From: Patescibacteria group bacterium
GTDB taxonomy: Bacteria > Patescibacteriota > Minisyncoccia > Phycocordibacterales > GWA1-40-21
Assembly: GCA_018968925.1 (NCBI GenBank)
Contig: JAGWZI010000002.1
Location: 1-48,739, forward strand
Length of the DNA: 48,739 nt
Reading direction: 5' to 3'
Shown here: positions 7,684-16,253 of the stretch, piece by piece
How the letters are laid out: every line of letters starts with the position of its first letter
Numbering within the stretch: position 1 is the stretch's first letter
The notes under the pieces: model-generated
Seen by the model: the letters and a program-made list of their open reading frames with translations, nothing else
What the model was told of the DNA's origin: nothing
Databases searched by the model: none
Made by a program: the position numbers and the translations under genes

Positions 7684-10545
7684 ATGACATTCGAGGAGCG
7701 GTATCGGGGGCTCAATGCCGCCCAAAAACGGGCGGTTGACGCGATCGAGGGGCCGGTCATGGTCATCGCGGGACCGGGCACCGGCAAGACGACCATTTTG
7801 ACGATGCGGATCGCGAACATACTGCTTCGCACCGACACGCCGCCGTCCGGCATCCTCGCCATCACGTATACCTCGGCAGGCGTAAAAGCCGTGCGCGAGA
7901 ACCTCCGGAATATCATCGGCGGCCGCGCAGATGAAGTCGCCATTCATACCTTCCATGATTTTGCCTCGGCGATGATGGCCGAATATCAGGATCACTTCCT
8001 CCATATGAAAGACGCGCGCCCGGCGTCTGATGTCGAAACAGAATCGCTCATCCGCGATATTCTCATTGAGCCGGAATTTGCCGAGCTGCGGCCCGCAGGC
8101 AGGCCGGACGCGTTTCTCGAAGGCATCATCCGTTCGATCGACGAAGCCAAGCGCGACGCCTTGACGCCCGACATGGTCGCGTCGTTCGCCGCGGAAAAGA
8201 TCGAGAAAATAAAAAACGACGAATCGTCGATTTCAACGAGAGGGAAGAGCAAGGGACAGCTCAAGACCGACGCGCTCGAACAGATAGGGAAATGCGAGCG
8301 GACGAAGCTCTTCGCCGGCGCGTATGCGGAGTATGAAAAAAGGAAGCGGGAAAAGAAGATGTTGGATTTCAACGATCTCATCATCGAGTTTCTCGCCGTC
8401 CTGCGGACCGATGCGCTCTTCCTGCGGCTCCTCCAAGAGCGTTTTCTCTCCATCCTCGTCGACGAACATCAGGACACGAATGATGCGCAGAACGCGATCG
8501 TCGCCATCCTCGCGGAATTCTTTGACACGCCGAACATCTTCATCGTCGGCGACGAGAAACAGGCGATCTACCGCTTCCAGGGAGCATCCGTCGAGAATTT
8601 CATGCGCCTGCGCGAAAAATATCCCGCGATGCAGGTCATCAATCTCGAGAAAAACTACCGATCGCGCCGGGGCATTCTTGACGCCTCCTTTGCCATGATC
8701 GAGCAGAATTATGCGGGTGACGAGCACGCAGAGCTCCGCATCAGGCTCGAATCGAACCGCGCGGATGAAAGCGATTCCGTAGTCGTTGCCACGGCGGAGA
8801 ATGCGGCCGCGATGGAACAGTATCTTGTCTCAGAACTTCAAAAAATTTCCGCAAACGAGCCGCGGGCGACGGTCGCGGTCATCACCCGCCGCAACCGCGA
8901 GCTCGAGCGGGTCGTGCGTCTCCTCGAGTCCGAAGGCGTCGCGGTATCGTCCGAACGCTCGATCGACATTTTCAAACATCCTGTCGGTGCGATATTTTTT
9001 GACTTGCTCGAATACCTTTCCGACAAGACGCGCCTTGACGCCCTGGCCAAGACCGCGGCCGGCGGGCTCTGGGCCATGCCGCTCTCCGAAGCCGCGGATT
9101 TCGCGCGCACCATCAGGAGCGGCAAGCCCGTCGAGATCGAAGAAAAACTTTCGTCCCTGCAGGAAATTCTCCGGAAAGAATCCGACGATGATCCGATCGG
9201 TTTTCTCATCACCGCCGCCCGCGAATCTGGATTCGCCGATCTCGCCGCCCGCGATCCGGCGTACGTATATGTCTGGCGCGGCATCATGACATTGGCCGAA
9301 ACCTTGGTCCGTGATCGGGCGCTCGTCAGTCCGGACGATCTCATGCGCGCCATGCTCGATTACCGCCGATCCGCGGAATCAAAGGCGATCAAAATCTCGG
9401 TCGGCGCGCCGGACGCCCAGATCCGCGCCATGACCGCGCACGGCTCGAAAGGTCTTGAATTCGATTATGTTTTCCTGCCGTACGCAACCGAGGAAGCGTG
9501 GGTGAGCCGCGCCCGCGGCGCGCATTTCGTTCTGCCGAAAAAACAGGCGGCGCGCGACGACATCCGCGACACGCGCCGCCTGTTCTACGTCGCCTTGACG
9601 CGCGCGAAAGAGCGCGTGACGATCATGATTCCGCTTGAGGAATCCGACGGCACGGCGTTTGTTCCCGTGCGGTTCATCAACGAGCTCGGCACGGATCACG
9701 TCGGCATCGTCCGCCTGCCGCGCGCCGACGTATCCTTGCCGGCGGAAGAAAAAGCCCTGCCTCGCTCGTCCGCCGTCACCGACCTCGCCAAGCACGTGCT
9801 TTTGACATCGGGTCTCTCCGTCACTGCGCTCAATCATTTCCTCGAAAATCCCGCCGATTTTTTGAAAGAAAGCATTTTGAAATTGCCGCAGGCGCCGTCC
9901 GTCCCGTCCGAAAAGGGAAGCGCGATGCATTACGCCTTAGAGCATGTCTGGCAGCTTGAAGAGAAAACGGAAACGAATATCGCCCGGACTCTCGAAGAAA
10001 AAATCATCGAATACGTGAACGAATCCTTCCTGCCGTCGCGCGAGAAGGAGATCGCGAAAAAGGACCTCGTCGCGGACGCGCCGGCCGTCGCACGGGCGCT
10101 CCTGGCGCATTTTCAAACACACGGCATTGTCCGGACGGAATACTGGATCGAATCATTCTTTGAAAGCGCGCCGGACGGAGAAAAAGTGCGCATTCCGCTC
10201 CACGGCAAGCTCGACGCCGTGATCGAAGAGGACGGCATGGTTTCCGTTTTCGACTACAAGACGCGCGAAAGCATGTCGCTCGCCGAGATCCGCGGCGAAA
10301 CGAAGAATTCGAACGGCAATTATCTTCGTCAACTGGCGTTTTATGCCCTCCTCCTCTCCGGCGACCCGCGCTGGCGGATGAAAAAGCGGGAAACGTCGCT
10401 CGTTTTCGTTTCACCCGACAAGAAAGGCCGTTGTCCGATTGTGACCATTCCGATCACTCCGGCGGACATCGAAAAGCTGCGCGGGGAAATAGAGACACTT
10501 ATCGATTTTGTCTGGAGCGGCAAACTGCCGGAATCGGTCTATTGA
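7684..10545 (+). CDS. UvrD/PcrA-family helicase fused to a C-terminal PD-(D/E)XK (RecB-like) nuclease domain
   Basis: Walker A AGPGTGKTT, motif II VDEHQDTN, YRFQGA, and C-terminal GKLDAV...VFDYKT...YLRQLAFYALLL, which is typical of RecB/AddA nuclease domains. Confidence 0.8.
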   Translation: MTFEERYRGLNAAQKRAVDAIEGPVMVIAGPGTGKTTILTMRIANILLRTDTPPSGILAITYTSAGVKAVRENLRNIIGGRADEVAIHTFHDFASAMMAEYQDHFLHMKDARPASDVETESLIRDILIEPEFAELRPAGRPDAFLEGIIRSIDEAKRDALTPDMVASFAAEKIEKIKNDESSISTRGKSKGQLKTDALEQIGKCERTKLFAGAYAEYEKRKREKKMLDFNDLIIEFLAVLRTDALFLRLLQERFLSILVDEHQDTNDAQNAIVAILAEFFDTPNIFIVGDEKQAIYRFQGASVENFMRLREKYPAMQVINLEKNYRSRRGILDASFAMIEQNYAGDEHAELRIRLESNRADESDSVVVATAENAAAMEQYLVSELQKISANEPRATVAVITRRNRELERVVRLLESEGVAVSSERSIDIFKHPVGAIFFDLLEYLSDKTRLDALAKTAAGGLWAMPLSEAADFARTIRSGKPVEIEEKLSSLQEILRKESDDDPIGFLITAARESGFADLAARDPAYVYVWRGIMTLAETLVRDRALVSPDDLMRAMLDYRRSAESKAIKISVGAPDAQIRAMTAHGSKGLEFDYVFLPYATEEAWVSRARGAHFVLPKKQAARDDIRDTRRLFYVALTRAKERVTIMIPLEESDGTAFVPVRFINELGTDHVGIVRLPRADVSLPAEEKALPRSSAVTDLAKHVLLTSGLSVTALNHFLENPADFLKESILKLPQAPSVPSEKGSAMHYALEHVWQLEEKTETNIARTLEEKIIEYVNESFLPSREKEIAKKDLVADAPAVARALLAHFQTHGIVRTEYWIESFFESAPDGEKVRIPLHGKLDAVIEEDGMVSVFDYKTRESMSLAEIRGETKNSNGNYLRQLAFYALLLSGDPRWRMKKRETSLVFVSPDKKGRCPIVTIPITPADIEKLRGEIETLIDFVWSGKLPESVY

Positions 10546-11348
10546 TTGCCGAGGATCCTGTCGAGGATCGCCGTCATGTTGGCGATCGGCATGGCGCCGT
10601 CGACAACGACATATTTGCCGTCGCTCGATACGTTCACGTATTGCGAGAGCGGCGTCGTGCCGAAATAGGTGGTCGCGAGATAATTTTCCACGTCCGATTT
10701 CACGGCCGAAGAGAGCGGGGTCTTCATGACCATGACGGAAAACGGCGTTCCTTGCGCTCCCGCCGCCTGGGCGTCCGCGGTTTCGGCATCGATCACACTT
10801 TGGTACGTGCTCGAGGCAACGCACGCAGAGAACTTGGCGGCGTTCGCGCCGTCTGCCGCGGCAAGCGATGCGTAGTACGCCGGGCTCATTTTGTCCTGAT
10901 TGGCAAAGACAGTCATGCCGAATTTCCAGAAGGCGTCGTTGCCCGCTTCGGCGGCGATGCATTCGGCGGCGAGCGCGGCCGGCAGGGCCTGCGGATGGAT
11001 GGCAGTAAGCGGCAATTCGCGGTAGACCCAGGCGATCTTGCCGGACGATCCGTAGGTGCCCATCAGGGACTGCATCGTGCTCTCGAACTGCTTGCAATAC
11101 GGGCATTCGAAATCCGAATATTCGACGATGACGACCGGCGCATCCGCATTGCCGAGAATGTGGTCGCTCGCGGAAACGGGCTTGATCGAAATGGTCGGAT
11201 TGTTCGCAGGCGCCGGATTGTTCGCGGGTGCGGTAGCTCCCATCTTGCCGGACAAGAGGATCGCGCCGGCGACAAGCACGCCGACGATGATGATCGCCGC
11301 CGGAATCGACAGATTGCTTTTTTGATTCGAGGTTTCGTTCGGATTCAT
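10539..11348 (-). CDS. DsbA-family thiol:disulfide oxidoreductase, membrane-anchored
   Basis: N-terminal TM and a CPYC active site within EYSDFECPYCKQF. A PANNPAPANNP linker duplication is present. The 3' end overlaps the helicase 3' end by 7 nt (convergent genes). Confidence 0.8.
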   Translation of the reverse strand: MNPNETSNQKSNLSIPAAIIIVGVLVAGAILLSGKMGATAPANNPAPANNPTISIKPVSASDHILGNADAPVVIVEYSDFECPYCKQFESTMQSLMGTYGSSGKIAWVYRELPLTAIHPQALPAALAAECIAAEAGNDAFWKFGMTVFANQDKMSPAYYASLAAADGANAAKFSACVASSTYQSVIDAETADAQAAGAQGTPFSVMVMKTPLSSAVKSDVENYLATTYFGTTPLSQYVNVSSDGKYVVVDGAMPIANMTAILDRILGNQ

Positions 11349-11410
11349 GTTATTTAAAGGTTATGGACGCTATTCTATCATACTCCGGCAGAAAAAAAGC
11401 AAACGGACTC

Positions 11411-11438
11411 TTGCAAAATGCCTATTTTCGTGTATTAT
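11411..11438 (+). promoter_or_regulatory. rplU promoter (TTGCAA-16-TATTAT) ending 7 nt before the ATG
   Basis: -35 at 11411-11416 and -10 at 11433-11438, with the ATG at 11446. Geometry is leaderless. Confidence 0.45.
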
Positions 11439-11445
11439 ACCATCC

Positions 11446-11763
11446 ATGGAATTTGCGGTCATCAAAACGGGCGGCAAGCAGTACAAGGTGGCGAAAGGCG
11501 ATTCGATCAAGATCGAAAAGCTTTCCGGCGCTTCGAAAGCCGGCGACAAGGTCGTCTTCGACCAGGTTTTGCTCGTCGACAATGGCAAGGACACATCGAT
11601 CGGCACGCCGTACATCAAGGGCGCGACGGTAGAGGGAACGGTGGAAGCCGCCGGCCGCCTGCCGAAGATCATGGTCATGCACTACAAGCAGAAGAGCCGC
11701 TACTTCAAGAAGAACGGCCACCGCCAGCCGTATCTCAAGGTGAAGATCACCGCGATCAAGTAA
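11446..11763 (+). CDS. rplU: 50S ribosomal protein L21
   Basis: MEFAVIKTGGKQYKVAKGDSIKIEKL... is canonical L21. The internal ATG at 11446 gives a 105-aa product. Confidence 0.92.
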   Translation: MEFAVIKTGGKQYKVAKGDSIKIEKLSGASKAGDKVVFDQVLLVDNGKDTSIGTPYIKGATVEGTVEAAGRLPKIMVMHYKQKSRYFKKNGHRQPYLKVKITAIK

Positions 11764-11768
11764 CGATC

Positions 11769-11790
11769 AAACGGCCGAAAGGCCGTTTTT
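11769..11790 (+). terminator. Intrinsic terminator after rplU
   Basis: ACGGCC GAAA GGCCGT followed by TTTTT. Confidence 0.6.
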
Positions 11791-11880
11791 GATGCACCGG
11801 ATGATAGAATCTCTCCGTATGTTTTAAAGTTGACAGTTCTTTCAAAAAAACAGAAAGCGAGACCGACCGTGAAAAGGATC

Positions 11881-12057
11881 ATGCAGAAGATTTTCAGGAA
11901 GAAAAAAGAGAGGCCGAAGCGGTACCTGAAGCATCATTGCAAACAGCATTCCTGTTTCGAACATTCGTGCGCCGATTGCGTGCGAGAAAAAGAGAAGCGA
12001 CATGCCGAAATGGATCATTTCAGGCAGAAAGCGAGGTCGCGTCTCACCAAAAAATAA
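11881..12057 (+). CDS. Small highly basic Cys/His-rich protein (58 aa), hypothetical
   Basis: The ATG at 11881 is preceded by AAGGA. The product is MQKIFRKKKERPKRYLKHHCKQHSCFEHSCADCVREKEKRH.... It has its own TGATAGAAT box at 11802-11810 and a terminator at 12058-12085. Coding status is uncertain. Confidence 0.35.
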   Translation: MQKIFRKKKERPKRYLKHHCKQHSCFEHSCADCVREKEKRHAEMDHFRQKARSRLTKK

Positions 12058-12085
12058 CCCCGGGGCTTTTACCTCGGGGATTTTT
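12058..12085. terminator. Bidirectional hairpin between the small ORF and recR
   Basis: CCCCG / 12-nt loop / CGGGG, flanked by an A-run and a T-run. The recR stop overlaps the T-run. Confidence 0.5.
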
Positions 12086-12698
12086 ATTGACGATTCTTCA
12101 ACGCATTCTTGATCGTCTCTGGATCGGAATATTCGAGCTCGGTGCCACTCGACAAACCGCGGCCGAGTTCGGAAATTTTGATGCCGTGTTTCTCGGCGAG
12201 GGGAACGAGCGATCGGCTAACAATCTCGCCGGTATATTCGCCTTCGGCATTCGCGTCGAGACCGAGGATGATCTCGCGAAGTCCGTTTGCCGCGCGCTTT
12301 TCGACAAGCGCGAGCAGGTCTTTCAGCCGGATCCTTTTTTCCGGTTCCTTGTCGAGCACCGGCACCGCGCCGCCGAGGACAAAATAGGTTCCGGCAAACG
12401 ATCCGCTCTTTTCAATGTTTTCGAGATCGATGTCGCGCGAGACGACAAGAAGCGCCGTGCGGTCGCGCGATCCGTCCGCGCAGATATTGCAGATCTTCGC
12501 CGCGCCGTTTTTCGCAAAATACCGCTTGCACTCCGCGCAGACGGTGATATCCGAACGCAATTCATCGATCTCGCGCTTGAACTCGCCGACATACGCGTCG
12601 CTCTGCCGGATGAGAAAATAGACAAAACGCCTGGCCTGTTTCGGCCCGATACCGGGGAATTCGGAAAATTTCCTAACAAGCTTTTCGATCGCGTTCAT
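12084..12698 (-). CDS. recR: Recombination protein RecR
   Basis: MNAIEKLVRKFSEFPGIGPKQARRF (HhH), the Cys4 motif CAECKRY...CNIC, and a Toprim region. I used the internal ATG at 12698, because the track ORF extends upstream into dnaB in another frame. Confidence 0.9.
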   Translation of the reverse strand: MNAIEKLVRKFSEFPGIGPKQARRFVYFLIRQSDAYVGEFKREIDELRSDITVCAECKRYFAKNGAAKICNICADGSRDRTALLVVSRDIDLENIEKSGSFAGTYFVLGGAVPVLDKEPEKRIRLKDLLALVEKRAANGLREIILGLDANAEGEYTGEIVSRSLVPLAEKHGIKISELGRGLSSGTELEYSDPETIKNALKNRQ

Positions 12699-12702
12699 AT
12701 AG

Positions 12703-14064
12703 TTAGAATTCGCCGAAACCGGCATTCTTGTCGACGGAAAGGAATGACGAACGGTCGGCGTCAAAGAACAGCTCGACGCGGCCGGTCGGACCGTTGCGGT
12801 GCTTCTCGACGAGGATTTCTGCCTTCTGCTTCTTGCCGCCGCCGTCATCGTTCGCCTCGCGGTGGATGAAAATGACCACGTCCGCGTCCTGCTCGATCGA
12901 ACCCGAATCGCGCAAGTCGGAGAGCCGCGGTTTGCCGCCGCGAGATTCAACGGCGCGGGAGAGCTGAGAGAGAGCAACCACCGGGATGTCGAATTCCTTC
13001 GCCAATTGCTTGAGCGAATGCGAGATTTCGGTGATCTGCTGGACAAGGTTGTCATTGCCTTTCGTCGAGACCGGCGCCATGAGCTGGAGATAATCGACAA
13101 CGACGAGACCGAGATTCTTCTCATGCTTGAGGCGGCGGACGATGCTGCGCATCTTCAAAATATTGTTCGAACCCTGGTCATCGATGAAAAGCGGTGCCTT
13201 CGACAGCGGCTCGAGCGCCGAGCGGATGCGGTCGAAGACGTCGTCGCCGCGAAGCTGTCCCGAGCGCAAATGCCACGAGTTCACGTTCGACTCCGCCGCA
13301 AGCATGCGGTCAATAAGCTGCTGTGCGCTCATTTCAAGCGAGAAGAGCGCCGTCGGCACGCCGAGCTTCACTGCCGCATGCCGGACGATATCGAGCGCAA
13401 GCGACGTCTTACCGACGGACGGCCGCGCCGCGAGGATGATGAGGTCGGATTTTTGGAGGCCGGAGAGCAGATTGTCGAGATCGTTGAAACCGGTGGCAAT
13501 GCCGCGCAATTGGCCTTTCGATTCGTGCAATTTGTCAAGGCGCTCCATCGCCTCCGGCAGAATGTCTTTGAGGGCGACGTATTTGCCGGAAAGATTCTTG
13601 CTCGTCACGTCAAAAAGGTTTTTCTCCGCCTGATCGAGAATGGAAAGCAATTCCGCTTCCTCGTCGTAGCCCAAATTGCCGATCCGCTCCGCCGCTTCGA
13701 TCAGGCGGCGCATGACGTATTTCTTCTGGATGATGCCGGCATAGTGTTCGGCGTTCGATGAAGAGGGAACCGAACCGAGAATCTCGGTGAGAAAGCTTGC
13801 GCCTCCGATGCGATCGAGATCGCCGGATTCTTTGAGCTTTGACGAAAGGGTAAGGAGATCGATCGGCTCCTGGCGCCTGTAGAGCTCCTGCATCGCCATG
13901 AAGATGATTTTGTGCTTTCCGGTGTAAAACGATTCCGGCACGAGCATGTCCATGATCTCGGGCAGGACTTCCGGCCGGAGCATGATGGAACCGAGGAGCG
14001 CGATTTCGGCATCGCTGTTCTGCGGCGGAATGCGGATCTGTATCTTTCTCGTCTCGGTCGCCAT
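12703..14064 (-). CDS. dnaB: Replicative DNA helicase DnaB
   Basis: PPQNSDAEIALLGSIML N-terminal domain, Walker A ARPSVGKTSLAL, and LVVVDYLQLM. Confidence 0.93.
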   Translation of the reverse strand: MATETRKIQIRIPPQNSDAEIALLGSIMLRPEVLPEIMDMLVPESFYTGKHKIIFMAMQELYRRQEPIDLLTLSSKLKESGDLDRIGGASFLTEILGSVPSSSNAEHYAGIIQKKYVMRRLIEAAERIGNLGYDEEAELLSILDQAEKNLFDVTSKNLSGKYVALKDILPEAMERLDKLHESKGQLRGIATGFNDLDNLLSGLQKSDLIILAARPSVGKTSLALDIVRHAAVKLGVPTALFSLEMSAQQLIDRMLAAESNVNSWHLRSGQLRGDDVFDRIRSALEPLSKAPLFIDDQGSNNILKMRSIVRRLKHEKNLGLVVVDYLQLMAPVSTKGNDNLVQQITEISHSLKQLAKEFDIPVVALSQLSRAVESRGGKPRLSDLRDSGSIEQDADVVIFIHREANDDGGGKKQKAEILVEKHRNGPTGRVELFFDADRSSFLSVDKNAGFGEF

Positions 14065-14155
14065 GGGTTTGATAAATTCATTTTAACAAGCACAAAAAGA
14101 CTCGCAATCTCAAAACAACCAATAAAGTGTGTTTAAATTGTGGAGAAAACTAGCC

Positions 14156-15685
14156 TTACTTTAGCAATTCAACCTCTTGTCCCGCAGGAGTATCTTTTAC
14201 AAAAACATTAAATTCTTGAGCAGCTTTTTTACGCAATTCATCTGCTTTTACCCAATCTTTTTGATTTCGTGCAGATTGTCTTTCTTGTAACAATTTATTT
14301 AACTCTTGTTTTTTTCCTTCAGAAAGAGATTTATTTACTTCTCCACGGATAAGCAAAAAAGTTACATTACTACCAATTACTTTATATGTTGGCTCAATTT
14401 TTTCTTTACTAATTTGTTTATTTTCTCCACCTTCTTTTAATTTTAATCCAAGCACATTATCAAAATCTATCGCCGTGGCTATTATTTGATCTGCTGCTAA
14501 ATCTGAATTGAGCATTTCATTCAATACATCCATCGCCTTCGGCATATTCAAATCATCATTAATAGCTTCTATGAATTTTTCTTTCCATTCTTGATTTATT
14601 TTTCCACCTTCTTTATTAAGATTTCCAAGTTTTGTATACAGATTTTCGAGACCATTCTTCGCCGCAGTAAGAATTTCTTCATTCCATTCCATCGGCTTCC
14701 TGTAATGCACGGAGAGCGACGCGAAGCGATAGGCGAGGGAATTGATGCCTTTCGCGACTGTCTCGCTTGAAACAGTCAGGAAATTGCCCGCGCTTTTTGC
14801 CATCTTCTCGCCGACTTTCACGTTCAGAAATTCGCCATGGATCCAAAAATTCACCCACGGATGCACGCCGGTCGCGGCTTCGGACTGGGCGATCTCATTC
14901 GTGTGGTGGACATTCACATGGTCCACGCCGCCGCAGTGGATGTCGAAATGCTCGCCGAGATATTTCATGCTCATTGCGGAACATTCGATATGCCAGCCGG
15001 GAAAGCCGATACCCCAGGGACTCGGCCATTCCATTTCACGCTTTTTGCCTTTCGGCGAGAATTTCCAGAGCGCGAAGTCGGTGTGGTTCTTTTTCTCGAT
15101 ATTCACTTCGACACGTGCGCCCTCCTTGAGCGATTCGAGCTTCTGGCCGGAAAGCTCGGCGTAGCGAGGGAACTTCGCCGTATCGAAATAGATGCCGTCG
15201 GATGTCCGGTAGGTGAATCCTTTTTTCTCGAGCGTCTCAATGAGCGCGATTTGTTCGGAAATATGATCCGTCGCTTTGCAAATGATCGCCGGATGTTCGA
15301 TGTTGAGCCGATCCTCGTCCTTGAAAAATTCCTTCGTATAGAAATCGGCGATCTGCCATGCCGTCTTGCCTTCCTTTTTCGCTTCCGCTTCGACTTTGTC
15401 CTCGCCCATGTCGCGGTCGTTTGTCAGGTGGCCGACATCCGTAATATTCATGACATGTTTTACGCGGTAGCCATCATATTGCAAAACGCGCCGCAGAATG
15501 TCCTCGAATATATAGGTGCGCATGTTGCCGAGATGCGGATAGTTGTAAACGGTGGGGCCGCACGTATACAAGCCGACGGAATTCTTTTGTATCGGCACGA
15601 ACAATTCCTTTTTCCGCGTGAGCGTGTTGTAGAGGTGGAGCGGCGGATGCTTCCTGCCGCCGAAGAGGGAAGCGAGATCAAGCAT
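14156..15685 (-). CDS. cysS: Cysteine--tRNA ligase
   Basis: HIGH-type motif CGPTVYNYPHLGNMRTY and KMSKS-type KMAKSAGN. The 3' third is sharply AT-rich (see findings). Confidence 0.93.
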   Translation of the reverse strand: MLDLASLFGGRKHPPLHLYNTLTRKKELFVPIQKNSVGLYTCGPTVYNYPHLGNMRTYIFEDILRRVLQYDGYRVKHVMNITDVGHLTNDRDMGEDKVEAEAKKEGKTAWQIADFYTKEFFKDEDRLNIEHPAIICKATDHISEQIALIETLEKKGFTYRTSDGIYFDTAKFPRYAELSGQKLESLKEGARVEVNIEKKNHTDFALWKFSPKGKKREMEWPSPWGIGFPGWHIECSAMSMKYLGEHFDIHCGGVDHVNVHHTNEIAQSEAATGVHPWVNFWIHGEFLNVKVGEKMAKSAGNFLTVSSETVAKGINSLAYRFASLSVHYRKPMEWNEEILTAAKNGLENLYTKLGNLNKEGGKINQEWKEKFIEAINDDLNMPKAMDVLNEMLNSDLAADQIIATAIDFDNVLGLKLKEGGENKQISKEKIEPTYKVIGSNVTFLLIRGEVNKSLSEGKKQELNKLLQERQSARNQKDWVKADELRKKAAQEFNVFVKDTPAGQEVELLK

Positions 15686-16178
15686 GGGCGTCTGGTTTTT
15701 TCTTCGCGACGGATTTTTTCCCCGCCGACTGTTCCTCGAGCCGTTTCAGGATCTCAAGCATCAGCGCGTTCTGCCGCTCGAGATGGATGAGGATCGTGTC
15801 GATCTCCTTCTCGGCGATCTGGTTCAGCTCAAAATCGGCCTCGGCGCGGATGTCGGCATGGTGACCTTGCAAGTTCTGTCCGACCATGATGATCGGCATG
15901 AGGATGAGCTGGATCATGCTTGACACGAGCGCCCAGACGAAAAAGAAGGGGAAGGAATCGAAATGGAATTTTACCGGGCCGAAGATGTTCCAGGCGAACC
16001 ACAGCAGGGTCCACACGATGATGGCATAGAAAAAGCCCATCGATCCGACCTTGTCCGTGATCCAAGCGGCAAGTTTCTGCGTGCCGGTCAGGTGTTCGCG
16101 GCGGAGAATATAGAGGTTGCGCAATGACGGGCGCAGTTTGCGGAGCTCTTCGCGGGAGAGCGGCTGTTCGTCGTTCAT
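15678..16178 (-). CDS. DUF1003-family membrane protein
   Basis: Two TMs plus ILMPIIMVGQNLQGHHADIRAEADFELN, which is characteristic of DUF1003. Its 3' end overlaps the cysS start by 8 nt. Confidence 0.7.
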   Translation of the reverse strand: MNDEQPLSREELRKLRPSLRNLYILRREHLTGTQKLAAWITDKVGSMGFFYAIIVWTLLWFAWNIFGPVKFHFDSFPFFFVWALVSSMIQLILMPIIMVGQNLQGHHADIRAEADFELNQIAEKEIDTILIHLERQNALMLEILKRLEEQSAGKKSVAKKKPDAHA

Positions 16179-16184
16179 GGCAAA

Positions 16185-16193
16185 ATTGTATCA
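16185..16193 (-). promoter_or_regulatory. Extended -10 box (TGATACAAT, minus strand) 6 nt upstream of the DUF1003 ATG
   Basis: The minus strand reads TGaTACAAT, then TTTGCC, then ATG (16178). Confidence 0.45.
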
Positions 16194-16235
16194 TGCGCCG
16201 GACATCGAATCCAGGTGGACACGTCGCCCGTATTT

Positions 16236-16244
16236 TGAGATAAT
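16236..16244 (+). promoter_or_regulatory. Extended -10 box (TGAGATAAT) 9 nt upstream of the ctpA ATG
   Basis: It lies back-to-back with the DUF1003 promoter in a 75-nt divergent spacer. Confidence 0.4.
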
Positions 16245-16253
16245 GGCCGGACT

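Noticed and set aside
11193-11230. 18-nt tandem duplication (CGGATTGTTCGCrGG x2) encoding PANNPAPANNP in the DsbA-like linker.
   Set aside because: There are only two copies, in frame, in a low-complexity linker. It is not a CRISPR array or a satellite repeat.
11819-11827. ATG-TTT-TAA mini-ORF exactly 8 nt after the TGATAGAAT box.
   Set aside because: A two-codon ORF is not a credible gene. It is noted only because it sits where a leaderless start would be expected.
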